Assembly: GCA_963932905.1 (NCBI GenBank)
Contig: CAWVRN010000013.1
Coordinates: 46,472 to 110,471, forward strand
Reading direction: 5' to 3'
DNA from: an uncultured Bdellovibrio sp.
Lineage (GTDB): Bacteria; Bdellovibrionota; Bdellovibrionia; Bdellovibrionales; Bdellovibrionaceae
DNA: 64,000 nt
Positions 1 through 10,201 of the stretch are shown one piece after another; positions within the stretch are counted from its first letter, which is position 1; each line of letters opens with the position of its first letter. The translations under genes and the position numbers were made by a program. The notes beneath the pieces were generated by a model that was not told the origin of the DNA, searched no databases, and was given only the letters and a program-made list of their open reading frames with translations.

Positions 1-140
1 TTTGGATCAACAACATTTTCACCAAGATCGACACCAGGATGTACAAAGGCAATGTATGCAAAAAAAGCAAACACAAAGATCATCGCAAAGATGAAGGCAG
101 CAAATCCGCCTCTGTTATGGACATCAGAGGATTCAGACAT
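1..140 (-). CDS. Partial CDS (5' end), membrane-anchored protein
   Basis: ATG at 140 with GGAG RBS; reads MSESSDVHNRGGFAAFIFAMIFVFAFFAYIAFVHPGVDLGENVVDP, one hydrophobic helix, open to the window edge. Confidence 0.6.
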   Translation of the reverse strand, partial: MSESSDVHNRGGFAAFIFAMIFVFAFFAYIAFVHPGVDLGENVVDP

Positions 141-307
141 AGATTCTCCAATTTATTTTAAGGGAAACGTTTACAGTATGGTTTGATTAGTAGCGTAAAA
201 GAAAAGCCTGAGCAATAAAAAGCTGTTATGAATGTTAAAAATTTTTGTGTTATGCCGCAGAATGATTTTTGCTTATTTTTCTAGCAAATATGCCAATTCA
301 AGAAACC

Positions 308-1144
308 TTAATCTTTTTTCGGAAATAGAAAATCCATCGTCTTTGTCCAAAACAGAGGCGGATCTTCCAGATTCGGGCAATGCCCTTTACCAGCAAGGAT
401 TTCACAGCGAGCGCCCATAATTTTTTCGGCTAATTCTACTGACCCTTTAAACGGCAGAATCTGATCGTCTTCACCGTGCAGGATTAAAACATCACTTTGG
501 ATTGAAGCCAATCGAGACTCGATATTAAATTCTCCAAATGCCTGCGCGATTTTGAATCCAATATTTTGCGCCGCACGAAAGGCATCCGGCACAACCACGT
601 TAGAAAAAAAGCGAGCATTGATATTCGGAGCCTTAATTGTAGATTTCATAACCTCAGCCACCAAGTCTTTGTCCGTCTTCATAGATTCAAAGGCCTGCAT
701 AACCGCCGGTTCAAACCTTCGCCCACGCGGTCCAACCGGATCTAGCAATAGCACTTTATCTAATAGCACAGTTAATTCGGTCGCAAGAACAGTTGCAATA
801 CTGCCGCCGGTAGAATGACCGACAAGGTTCAATGATTTCAAATTCAGCGACAGTAAGAAAGATTTAAACTCGCTCGCTAACGATTCAATAGTAATAGATT
901 CCGATGATTCAACGCTTGAACTTTTTCCACAACCGCGAATTTCCGCCATAACCAAATCCCCTGCCAACCCGGGGTTTGTTTTTAATTTTGCAAAATCTAA
1001 AGACGGGTACCACCAACGATTGGAAGACAAATTGCCATGAATAAAAACAGTGGTTTTTGGTAGCACATTACGAAGAATTTCAAAGTGAATGAAATTCTTT
1101 TTATCATCGGTGAGGTAAAACTTATGCGACTCAAAAATAGTCAT
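308..1144 (-). CDS. Alpha/beta hydrolase
   Basis: FIHG, GHSTGG nucleophile elbow, HGEDD, GH motifs. Confidence 0.9.
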   Translation of the reverse strand: MTIFESHKFYLTDDKKNFIHFEILRNVLPKTTVFIHGNLSSNRWWYPSLDFAKLKTNPGLAGDLVMAEIRGCGKSSSVESSESITIESLASEFKSFLLSLNLKSLNLVGHSTGGSIATVLATELTVLLDKVLLLDPVGPRGRRFEPAVMQAFESMKTDKDLVAEVMKSTIKAPNINARFFSNVVVPDAFRAAQNIGFKIAQAFGEFNIESRLASIQSDVLILHGEDDQILPFKGSVELAEKIMGARCEILAGKGHCPNLEDPPLFWTKTMDFLFPKKD

Positions 1145-1170
1145 GTTACCTCACCGTATTTTATTTCAGA

Positions 1171-1920
1171 TTAAAGTACAATCCCGCCATCTACGCTGAT
1201 CACAGTACCTGTGATGTAAGACGCTTGTTCAGAAGAAAGGAATAAACATGCATTAGCGATGTCATCCACTTCACCTAAACGTTGCAAAGGAACTTTAGCT
1301 GCCATGCCATCAAGAACCTCTTTAGGCATTGCGTTTGTCATTGCTGTTTTGATGAAACCCGGAGCAATCGCGTTCACCGTGAAACCTTTACGACCTAATT
1401 CTTTAGCCAAAGTTTTTGTGAAACCGATAACACCCGCTTTGGTCGCCGCGTAGTTCGCTTGACCAAAGTTACCATAAAGACCAACGACACTTGAAATGTT
1501 GATCACGCGTTTATGTGAAGATGCTGGATTGAATTTTTCCAATAAGCCTTTTGTTACATTGTAGATACCAGTTAAGTTTGTATTGATAACTGCATCCCAA
1601 TCAACATCCGTCATTTTAGCGAATGATTTATCACGAGTGATACCGGCGTTGTTGACCAGAACGTCAACGGGAGCTGGCAATGCTTTGATGGCTGTTTCAA
1701 CTGATGTCCTGTTGGTCACGTCGACTTGTTGAAAAGTAACTTGTGACGCGTATTTTGATAATTCTTTTTGTGCGTTGTTAAGTGCGTCTTGAGAGTAATC
1801 CCAAACAACAACTTTACCGCCCGCTTCTAAATAAGACGATGTTAATTTAAAACCGATCCCAGCAGCACCGCCAGTAACTAGTGCTAATTTGCCTGTAAAA
1901 TTAAAATTCAAGTTGGCCAT
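1171..1920 (-). CDS. fabG: 3-oxoacyl-ACP/acetoacetyl-CoA reductase (SDR)
   Basis: TGGAAGIG, NNAGITRD, GQANYAATKAG (YxxxK), VDGG. Confidence 0.9.
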   Translation of the reverse strand: MANLNFNFTGKLALVTGGAAGIGFKLTSSYLEAGGKVVVWDYSQDALNNAQKELSKYASQVTFQQVDVTNRTSVETAIKALPAPVDVLVNNAGITRDKSFAKMTDVDWDAVINTNLTGIYNVTKGLLEKFNPASSHKRVINISSVVGLYGNFGQANYAATKAGVIGFTKTLAKELGRKGFTVNAIAPGFIKTAMTNAMPKEVLDGMAAKVPLQRLGEVDDIANACLFLSSEQASYITGTVISVDGGIVL

Positions 1921-2152
1921 GAAAGTTCCTTTTCAAAAAAGTTTCCAATTTGTATTTCACATCGACTTAAAATTGACAATAACTCTTTGCAGGGTTTCTG
2001 GAAGGAAAATAGGGTTTTTGCTCTATAAACTTTTACTGGACAAAGATGATTTTCCAGCGCTAGACCATCAGAACTAGAGTGAATAGTTAAACGAAAAAAC
2101 GTAACCGATTTTTGGAAAAATATTAAGTCAAGATTGCGAAAGGAATATTTAG

Positions 2153-3154
2153 ATGAGAACAATTTCTATCACAGGCACAGGAATGTACGCACCAGAACGC
2201 GTAGTAAAAAATTCGTATTTTGATGAATTATATAAAAAAGATATCGGAACATTTTTAAAAAATAGCCGCAACATTTCTGAGCGTCGCTGGATGGAACCGT
2301 CGCAAACTACAAGCGATTTGATCGTTCCCGCGGCTGAAGAAGCAATGAAAAATGCCGGCATCACTGCAAAAGATTTAGATTTAATAATCGTTGCAACTGA
2401 CACACCTGACTATTTATCCCCTTCGACGGCATCCGTAGTTTCTCACAAGCTTCAAGCGTTGAAAGCCGGGACTTTTGATATCAACACAGCCTGTGCCGGT
2501 TTCGTGACAGCGCTTGAAGTTGGTCAAAAAATGATGAAGACCGACAATCAGTTTAAATATGTATTAGTTGTTGGCGCCTACGCGATGAGTAAATGGTTAA
2601 ATTTTGACGATTATAAAATTGCGTCTTTATTTGCGGATGGCGCGGGTGCTGCAATTTTGACAGACGCCCCAGTAGGCACTCAAGGGTTCTTAGCTTCTAC
2701 CTTCTATACAGATGCCCAGTATCATGATTATATGGGGATCTATGCTGGTGGTAGTTACAAACCAGTGACTCATGAAGTGATTGAAAAGAAAGAACATCTT
2801 CTAGCGTTTCCTAAACGTATTCCACCGGAAACAAACGGAATTCACTGGCCACGACTAACTAATATAATCTTGGATAAAATCCAAAAACGCCCTGAAGATA
2901 TTAAACATTTCTTCATGACTCAGTTCAACGTTCAAAGTATTTACGAAACTATGGATACATTAAAATTACCTCGTGAAAAAGCTCACTACATCATGGATCG
3001 TTATGGCTACACGGGTTCTGCGTCTATTGGTATGTGTATGGCCGATGCGGCTCGCCAACATAAAGTTAAAAAAGGCGATTTAGTTTTGATGTTAGGATCA
3101 GGCGGCGGTATGTCTATGGTCGCTATTGCTATGGAATGGGGATTTAATACGTAA
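2153..3154 (+). CDS. FabH/KAS III-like condensing enzyme with altered His/Asn sites
   Basis: GTGMYAPE, ACAGF catalytic Cys, FADGAGA, GSGGG; HQAN is TQFN and GNTS is GYTG. Confidence 0.85.
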   Translation: MRTISITGTGMYAPERVVKNSYFDELYKKDIGTFLKNSRNISERRWMEPSQTTSDLIVPAAEEAMKNAGITAKDLDLIIVATDTPDYLSPSTASVVSHKLQALKAGTFDINTACAGFVTALEVGQKMMKTDNQFKYVLVVGAYAMSKWLNFDDYKIASLFADGAGAAILTDAPVGTQGFLASTFYTDAQYHDYMGIYAGGSYKPVTHEVIEKKEHLLAFPKRIPPETNGIHWPRLTNIILDKIQKRPEDIKHFFMTQFNVQSIYETMDTLKLPREKAHYIMDRYGYTGSASIGMCMADAARQHKVKKGDLVLMLGSGGGMSMVAIAMEWGFNT

Positions 3155-3175
3155 TTCGTCTTTTTAGGGGGGACT

Positions 3176-4702
3176 ATGATTGCGGAATTGGATTGGTTAA
3201 AAAAATGGAGCCAATACGCGCCGAAAACAACCGCGGTTGTTGATGGTGACACAGGCAGAGAATTTACCTATCGCGAACTGTACGATATTTCGCAAAAAGG
3301 CGCGGCACTTCTGAGTGAAAAGTACAATGTCACTCGCGGAGACCGCGTTGCCATTATCTCTACGAACGAACTTGAATACATATTTTTATTATTTGCACTG
3401 AAACGATTGGGAGCTATCTTAGTTCCCATCAATTTCCGTCTGACTCAACGAGAAGTCGAACATATCGTCAGTGACTGCGGACCGAAAGTAATCATTTATC
3501 AACAAACATACTCTAATATCATCGACGGTCTACCAGCTACCATTAAGCCCAAGCCCTATTCAATGGAGCAATGGACCCAAGATTTAGGAACACTGGGTCC
3601 GAAAAAAACTCACTATGCTGAAGGTGTTAAGCCTCGAGAATTTGTGAGCGATCCAGCAGATCCCGCGATGGTTATCTACACATCGGGAACAACGGGCTCA
3701 CCTAAGGGCGCCATCATTTCACACGAAATGTTGTTCTGGAATTCGATCAACACCAGCCTTCGTTTGAATATTTCACAAACCGATTCGACCGTTATCTTTT
3801 TACCATTTTTTCATACTGGTGGCTTGAACGTTTTAACGACTCCATTTTTCCATCGCGGCGCTAAATTGATTTTTATCAAAAAATTTGATGGCGACCAAAT
3901 TTTGAAACTTTCAGAGTCTCATAAAGCTACCTTGTTGTTTGGAGTTCCAACGACGATGGATATGATGTCTCGGTCAAATATTTTTAAAACCGTGAATTTA
4001 AAAACTCTTCGTTATGCCATTGTAGGTGGCGAACCAATGCCAGTAGATTTAATCCATAAATGGAACGAAAAAGGCATTGCTATTCGCCAAGGTTATGGTT
4101 TGACTGAATTTGGACCTAACGTATTTTCCTTAAATGAAGAGGACGCAATCAGAAAGATTGGCTCGATTGGTTTTGCTAATTTCTATTCCGAAGCTAAAAT
4201 CGTGGACGACGAGGGCAAGGAACTGGGTGCTGAACAGATTGGCGAACTCGTTTTAAAAGGCCCGATGTGCATGACGGGATACTGGAAAAACGAAAAGGCA
4301 ACCAAAGAAACGATCAAGGATGGTTGGTTACACACTGGTGATCTGGTCAAAAAAGACAGTGAAGGTTACTTTTATGTCGTGGGTCGCAAAAAAGACATGT
4401 ATAAATCGGGTGGTGAAAATGTTTATCCTACCGAACTGGAACAAGTTATGCGACACTTGCCAGGTGTACGCGAAGTGGCCGTCATTGGTGTTCCCGATTC
4501 TAAATGGGGTGAAGTTGGCAAAGCCTTCATCGTTAAAGAATCAGCAACTACTGATTTAACGGTCGAAAAAATTAATGATTACTGCGCTAAAAATTTGGCC
4601 AAATTTAAGATTCCCAAGTACTTCCTCTTCGTATCTGACCTACCCAAAGGGGATTCCGGCAAAATCTTGAAGCGCAAACTTTTGGAATTGTATCCTAATT
4701 AA
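3176..4702 (+). CDS. Acyl-CoA synthetase (AMP-binding)
   Basis: YTSGTTGSPKG, QGYGLTE, WLHTGD, GRKKD, SGGENVYP, C-terminal K. Confidence 0.92.
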   Translation: MIAELDWLKKWSQYAPKTTAVVDGDTGREFTYRELYDISQKGAALLSEKYNVTRGDRVAIISTNELEYIFLLFALKRLGAILVPINFRLTQREVEHIVSDCGPKVIIYQQTYSNIIDGLPATIKPKPYSMEQWTQDLGTLGPKKTHYAEGVKPREFVSDPADPAMVIYTSGTTGSPKGAIISHEMLFWNSINTSLRLNISQTDSTVIFLPFFHTGGLNVLTTPFFHRGAKLIFIKKFDGDQILKLSESHKATLLFGVPTTMDMMSRSNIFKTVNLKTLRYAIVGGEPMPVDLIHKWNEKGIAIRQGYGLTEFGPNVFSLNEEDAIRKIGSIGFANFYSEAKIVDDEGKELGAEQIGELVLKGPMCMTGYWKNEKATKETIKDGWLHTGDLVKKDSEGYFYVVGRKKDMYKSGGENVYPTELEQVMRHLPGVREVAVIGVPDSKWGEVGKAFIVKESATTDLTVEKINDYCAKNLAKFKIPKYFLFVSDLPKGDSGKILKRKLLELYPN

Positions 4703-4756
4703 GACTGCTTAGAGGTAATCATTAAGTAGGGTACGGAAAAATCCGAAACGAGCTGA

Positions 4757-6226
4757 GTGAAAAATCTAAGTCTAACGCAAAGAATTTCCGTCTATTTATT
4801 TATAGTCGTCTGTGTATCGACGTTTATATTAAATTCTGCTTTCTTTATCGTCTTACGTACTCAAAGTGAAGAGCAGTTCAAGATCCAAGCTAATGAAATT
4901 TTAAATAACGTTAGCCGTTATTACCAAATTCCACTTTGGAATTTGGATTATAACGCGATCTCTGAGGTTACAAATACGTGGTTGCAAACTCGATCCGGTG
5001 TTGTGGCCATCAAAGTCACCGATGAAAATGGCGGGTTGGTTATTGAGAAAACGAAAGACAATCAACTGCTAGCGACTTTGTTAAAAAAACCTTACACGCT
5101 TTTAAGAAAAGAAAAAATCATTCATGATGAACGACAGCACATCGGTTATATTGAAATTTTGTTTTCTAATGCCGAACGAGTCGAACAAAACAATCTGACA
5201 TACATGAAGTCGATTTTATTTAGTTTGGTATTTGCATTCGTCATCAGTCTTGTTTCAAATCATTTCTTGACGTTGTTCGTACATCGTCCCTTGAAAAATT
5301 TAATTGAAGGAACCCAATCAGCGCATAATTCAAATTACACGATTCGTGTTCCTGAAAATGCTGCAGGCGAAATTGGTATTCTAGCAGCAGAATTCAACAA
5401 AACGATGAATCAAATCGAAGATCGGGATCGTCGTCTGCATAAACACAATGTCGCACTAGAAGAAGTTATTCGTGAACGTAACGTTGAGCTCGACAAGCAA
5501 CGCGCGACGATGTTTAACTCGTCTCGATTAGCTGCGCTAGGTGAATTTTCTGCAGGAATGTCACATGAAATCAACAATCCTCTTTCAGTAATCATTGGTA
5601 AATCGTCTATCCTGCGAGGCTTCGTTTCCAAAGGAAAGATCGGACCGGAATTTGAAATTCATTTCATCAAGATTCACGAAATGTGTGATCGCATTTCAAA
5701 AATCATAAAAAATCTTCGGTCTTATGCTCGCGATGGTTCAAATGATCCATTTGATTTTTTCGAAATTGATCGATTCTTCACGGACATCGGCGAACTGACT
5801 CGGATCAAACTAGACAAACGCGGCGTTGCTTTTAAATTTGTAAATAATTCGAAGGCGACCCATCTTTACGGTAAAGAAATCCCACTTTCCCAAGTCATTA
5901 TCAATTTAATAAACAACTCTGCTGACGCTGTGGAAAACCTGGAAGATAAAAAATGGGTTGAACTTAAGGTCGATGAAGATCCGCAAAATATCACGATTTC
6001 GGTCACTGATTCGGGAACAGGAATTCCAGAAGAAATTCAAAAGAGAATGCTAGTTCCTTTCTTCACTACAAAACCTATAGGTAAAGGCACTGGCCTAGGT
6101 CTAAGCATTTCGGCCACTATCATTGAAGAACATGGCGGCAAACTTATTTACAATAAAGACTATCCAAATACTCAATTTATTGTCCACCTACCAAACAAAC
6201 ACCATCCAAATCGCAAACTGAGCTAA
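4757..6226 (+). CDS. Membrane sensor histidine kinase (HAMP)
   Basis: Two TM segments, HAMP (GEIGILA..FN.M), HEINNPL, NLINNS, DSGTGI, FFTTK, GTGLGL. Confidence 0.92.
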   Translation: MKNLSLTQRISVYLFIVVCVSTFILNSAFFIVLRTQSEEQFKIQANEILNNVSRYYQIPLWNLDYNAISEVTNTWLQTRSGVVAIKVTDENGGLVIEKTKDNQLLATLLKKPYTLLRKEKIIHDERQHIGYIEILFSNAERVEQNNLTYMKSILFSLVFAFVISLVSNHFLTLFVHRPLKNLIEGTQSAHNSNYTIRVPENAAGEIGILAAEFNKTMNQIEDRDRRLHKHNVALEEVIRERNVELDKQRATMFNSSRLAALGEFSAGMSHEINNPLSVIIGKSSILRGFVSKGKIGPEFEIHFIKIHEMCDRISKIIKNLRSYARDGSNDPFDFFEIDRFFTDIGELTRIKLDKRGVAFKFVNNSKATHLYGKEIPLSQVIINLINNSADAVENLEDKKWVELKVDEDPQNITISVTDSGTGIPEEIQKRMLVPFFTTKPIGKGTGLGLSISATIIEEHGGKLIYNKDYPNTQFIVHLPNKHHPNRKLS

Positions 6227-8100
6227 ATCTGTAGACAAGTTTTTGGTTGCGTTAAAAAAGCGACTTTGTTTAGAAATGGTTGTGTAGCTAACTCAAATAA
6301 TTCGCGTACATTCTTGTCCTTAAAGATAGTCGAATGCTTAAGCGATAGCGTATTTATGAAATCATGGCATTCACCAGGTAAAACTTGACCCAAGCATTGC
6401 ATTAATTCGCGATGATATAAAAAATAGAACATATTAAAATAGGCTTCCAGTTTAATCGTCATACTTGGAACAAACGGATTATCAAAGTAGGAAAATTGAT
6501 TTTTTGATTTACCAGCTATCACCAAAAATATTTGTTCTTTTACACTTTCAATAAGTTTAGCCGGCTCATCCGGCAAATAATCCAATGATTTCCAAACGAA
6601 TTTGTAAAAATCGGCTGCCGAGATTGAAAACTGTTTTTGAACATGTTTTCTAATTTCGGTAAAAAATCCAGACAATTCCATTGCCCTAGTTAAGTGATCC
6701 ATAAAATACATCTCTGCCCAGTCTTGTTGAGAATAAGAAGCCGTCGAGGTGACGATGGCATATTGGCTTTGATGGACTAAATTAGTTAGTAAATGAGTTT
6801 CACCTTTATTATAAACTTGCGCTCTTAAATCTCCACCGACATGGAACCGGATTTGGCTTGTTTTTATTTTATATTGTTCGATATAGCTTGGCTCGCTGGC
6901 TGGAGTACCAGGCAGCAAAGACCACGCATATCTCTCCGTTGTCCAATCATCAACTCTATCCAACAGACATAATTCATCATAAAACGACTTTAAATTGCTT
7001 TCTGGCAAACCCAAAACAATTTCAAACTTCAATCTAAGATTGTACTTATTTTTTATTTGTAATGCTTTAGTTAGCAAAACATCCAAAGGAATATTTTTTC
7101 TTTTTATAGCAGACAAAATTCGATCGTTTGTTCCGTTTATTGCCAGATGATACGAGTCTCTCTCAGTAAGGCCCGCCTCAATCAGCAACGTATCTATTTC
7201 TTCATTTACATCCCAATTATTTTTTGACTTACCAAATAGGTAAATTTGTTTCAAATTTCCTTTTTTTGAAATCTCTACCAACTGCTTAATTATGTTTAAA
7301 TCACGCTCTTTAAAGATTCCAAAATTTGCATCTGTAATTCTAACTTCGTTGATGCCCATCGCATCTATATAATCCAGTTCGTTTTTAATAATATGATCGG
7401 GTTTAGTAAGAACCTTGGTATTTGTTCCCCCACCCCATTCACAATAAGTACAACGATAAGGACAACCTCGAGTTGTTTCCCAATTGGTGGCCAAATAACT
7501 AGATTTTTTATAAATTTTCTGAAGGTCGATATCAAAATCTTTAGCCTCGTTAAATATGTTTTCCGGCCAATTGAACACAGTTTTTTTTTCCACTAAAGAT
7601 TTTTTAATTTTTCTATCTTTGGAATCGAGATAAAGAGAGTAGGGAATTTTTTCGGGCGAAATCTTGTCTTCTGCGATTTGATCTAACAAGGAAGTGAAAA
7701 ACTCTTCTCCCCGTCCGGGATACTGGCAAACAATGTCTACAAAACTATTTTCAATAAACCAGTTTTCATTTTCATGTACCGTTAAGTCAGGCCCACCGAA
7801 AGCAATCAATACGCCAGGGAGACGTTTTTTCACTTCTTTTGCCAAATCAAAATTTAGCTGCCGATTCCAAATCAAACAACTGAACCCAATTACGTCTGGC
7901 TGTATACTGACAATATGTTTTATTAGATCATGAAATCCAAAAAAGGAAATATCTTCCAATGGAGGCAACCAATCCCAACTATCAAAATTCGCCCCATTTT
8001 CACGATAATAGGACTTTAGCAAAAGATACAAAAAAGGCAGTTCAATCGATTCTGAAGGAATCGTGGGGTTAACAAGTAAAATCCTCTTTTTTGTTTTCAT
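6223..8100 (-). CDS. Cobalamin-dependent (B12-binding) radical SAM enzyme
   Basis: N-terminal PDVIGFSCLIWN...FGGP...GEE B12-binding fold; ETTRGCPYRCTYC; DANFG; IVLGLP. Confidence 0.88.
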   Translation of the reverse strand: MKTKKRILLVNPTIPSESIELPFLYLLLKSYYRENGANFDSWDWLPPLEDISFFGFHDLIKHIVSIQPDVIGFSCLIWNRQLNFDLAKEVKKRLPGVLIAFGGPDLTVHENENWFIENSFVDIVCQYPGRGEEFFTSLLDQIAEDKISPEKIPYSLYLDSKDRKIKKSLVEKKTVFNWPENIFNEAKDFDIDLQKIYKKSSYLATNWETTRGCPYRCTYCEWGGGTNTKVLTKPDHIIKNELDYIDAMGINEVRITDANFGIFKERDLNIIKQLVEISKKGNLKQIYLFGKSKNNWDVNEEIDTLLIEAGLTERDSYHLAINGTNDRILSAIKRKNIPLDVLLTKALQIKNKYNLRLKFEIVLGLPESNLKSFYDELCLLDRVDDWTTERYAWSLLPGTPASEPSYIEQYKIKTSQIRFHVGGDLRAQVYNKGETHLLTNLVHQSQYAIVTSTASYSQQDWAEMYFMDHLTRAMELSGFFTEIRKHVQKQFSISAADFYKFVWKSLDYLPDEPAKLIESVKEQIFLVIAGKSKNQFSYFDNPFVPSMTIKLEAYFNMFYFLYHRELMQCLGQVLPGECHDFINTLSLKHSTIFKDKNVRELFELATQPFLNKVAFLTQPKTCLQI

Positions 8101-8169
8101 TGAATCAGTTTCAAAGAAAAACTACAATTTGACATCGATAAAACCAAGTCGACCAGGTGCGGCGGGTAA

Positions 8170-9030
8170 CTAGAAAATTGAAAGGGTCGACAAGTCCTCG
8201 ATTTGCTTTTGATTGTAAAGATAAAAAATGTGACGAAGCAATGCTGGGTTAGAAAAAGCGGTACATGAACTTAACGTAAAGTAGGCAAATGAAATCGGAC
8301 AATTCATTTCACTTTCTAAATAGTCATCAATCGAAATCTCGGAGTTAAAAAAATGACGTTCTGAAAATAATTTTAGAGAAAACCGTTTATACATTCTAGG
8401 AACTTCTTGATAAAATATATCCCTCAGTTCTTTCAAATTATATTTCGAAAGTATATATTTCTTCTGATTTCGATTAAACAGGGGATCGTGTAGAAAATTG
8501 TAACTTTGATTTAAATGTTGGTTACTTTGAACGATACGACTAGATAAATCGTCTTTCATTTCACAAAATAAATCTAAAGAAAACTCTACAACTGATTCAC
8601 GAACTTTTTCAAGCAACAGCTGACTTACAGAAGTATTCAGCTGGTTACCCGTTAATTTACACGTTAAATAGGAGGCAACTAAAAATTCTAAATGCATTTC
8701 CATCATCGTCTCTTTTTCAAATCGGAGATCATTACCAATGATCTCCGACGATTTAGAAAGATAACCATGCAAATATCTAAATTCTGACACGGAAATATTT
8801 CCTTCATAAAGCTTGGCATATAAGCGATTGCTGTAATGATTTATGTGCATAGATATAATTTTTTCTAAATGCTCCTCGGAAATATTTTTAAAATTTATTC
8901 TATACCAATTTTTTATACAGGATCGAAGCTGGGAAACACCATCTACTTTAAAATATAATTTGTTATGGCTAAAACCGTCCGCATTAGTTGAGTCAAATAA
9001 CAGAAATGTTTTTTTTGAAAGTGAAATCAA
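8170..9030 (-). CDS. Hypothetical protein, unknown paralog family A
   Basis: Shares MxxLxxxxFL start, DPLFN...Y.L..L and C-terminal NP motif with 9027..10100. Confidence 0.7.
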   Translation of the reverse strand: MISLSKKTFLLFDSTNADGFSHNKLYFKVDGVSQLRSCIKNWYRINFKNISEEHLEKIISMHINHYSNRLYAKLYEGNISVSEFRYLHGYLSKSSEIIGNDLRFEKETMMEMHLEFLVASYLTCKLTGNQLNTSVSQLLLEKVRESVVEFSLDLFCEMKDDLSSRIVQSNQHLNQSYNFLHDPLFNRNQKKYILSKYNLKELRDIFYQEVPRMYKRFSLKLFSERHFFNSEISIDDYLESEMNCPISFAYFTLSSCTAFSNPALLRHIFYLYNQKQIEDLSTLSIF

Positions 9031-10100
9031 TTGATACTCGCTCGGTGCATACTAAGTGCCCAATCCACAATAAAAGGATTAATCTGCCGATCATATTGAA
9101 ATCGATTAAACAAGACTCGCGTAATTCCAGACTCTGCTTCGAATTTCAAAACGTCGCCAAATGAAAGATCTCTTTTGAACAGGCAAGATGAAATCCCTTT
9201 ATAAACCTCGCCACTCGACATATCGGTCAAAGTTAAAAGGCTGTCCCGAACTGATACTAAATCATTTAAATCGTAATTGTTCCAAACATGACTAACGTTA
9301 TCGGCATTAAAAAGCGGATCAGCCATCCACAAGGGAAGATCGCCATTTCGTACGCGGTCGACAATATCACTCCAATTAAATTGGTTTTCATCCTTGAAGG
9401 TTATAATTTTTCCGTCTGAGATTCCTTGAATTCTAAAATGATTTAAAGCTAAAACAGATCCAACTTCTCGAAGATAGTCCGTGATCAATTGCTTTTTAAC
9501 AATATGCAAAGCTCGTTCTTCAAATTTCAAATTCTCATCACCACGGTCATTTTTTAACAGATGAAGCAATTGAAATTCAAAACCGATTTTGCTTTTTGGT
9601 AAGCTTTTAACCGAAGTTAGCTTAGACAAAACGTGTCTTACCTTTCCGTCTGAATGTCCATAGTACCCTATGTTTTTCACCCGTTCTTTCTCTACCTCTA
9701 AAAACTGTGCTGAATGCTTAATGTATAATGTTGCTAGAACGCCTTGATCTTCTTCATTGAGGCCAAACAAAAAATAAAATAAACGTTTTAGAATCTTGAA
9801 CGAGTCGTCCCAACTTGCAACGATAACGAAAACCGTTGTCTGATTTTGGCTAGTTTCTAACTGATGACTTAAATCAAGAAAAGTATTTGAGGAACTACCC
9901 TGATCCATATCGAACTCACCGATTTGATTTAAACCAGAGTCAATATTCTTAATAATATCTAAGACCGTGTTCTCACCCAGATAGGGATCCAATTCGTCTC
10001 TAAAATCTAAAACTGAAAATCGATGTATACCAGGCGCCCTCGCTGAGCCTGTAATATTAGATTTTGGATAAAGAAACAGACCCTCTCGGAGAAAAATCAT
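9027..10100 (-). CDS. Hypothetical protein, unknown paralog family A
   Basis: 357-aa ORF overlapping the next gene by 4 nt; DPLFNADNVSHVWNNYDL, INPFI. Confidence 0.72.
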   Translation of the reverse strand: MIFLREGLFLYPKSNITGSARAPGIHRFSVLDFRDELDPYLGENTVLDIIKNIDSGLNQIGEFDMDQGSSSNTFLDLSHQLETSQNQTTVFVIVASWDDSFKILKRLFYFLFGLNEEDQGVLATLYIKHSAQFLEVEKERVKNIGYYGHSDGKVRHVLSKLTSVKSLPKSKIGFEFQLLHLLKNDRGDENLKFEERALHIVKKQLITDYLREVGSVLALNHFRIQGISDGKIITFKDENQFNWSDIVDRVRNGDLPLWMADPLFNADNVSHVWNNYDLNDLVSVRDSLLTLTDMSSGEVYKGISSCLFKRDLSFGDVLKFEAESGITRVLFNRFQYDRQINPFIVDWALSMHRASIN

Positions 10101-10201
10101 ACCTTAGGGTACTTTACGATTATGCAGATCGCATTTCCCAACGCAGTGTGTATTGTTTGATTTCCAAGCAACTCAAATCTAGCGTGTTATTTATATTGGC
10201 T

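Noticed and set aside
4757..6226. Histidine kinase as regulator of the island
   Set aside because: Adjacency only; it is convergent with the island, follows the acyl-CoA genes and has no cognate regulator here
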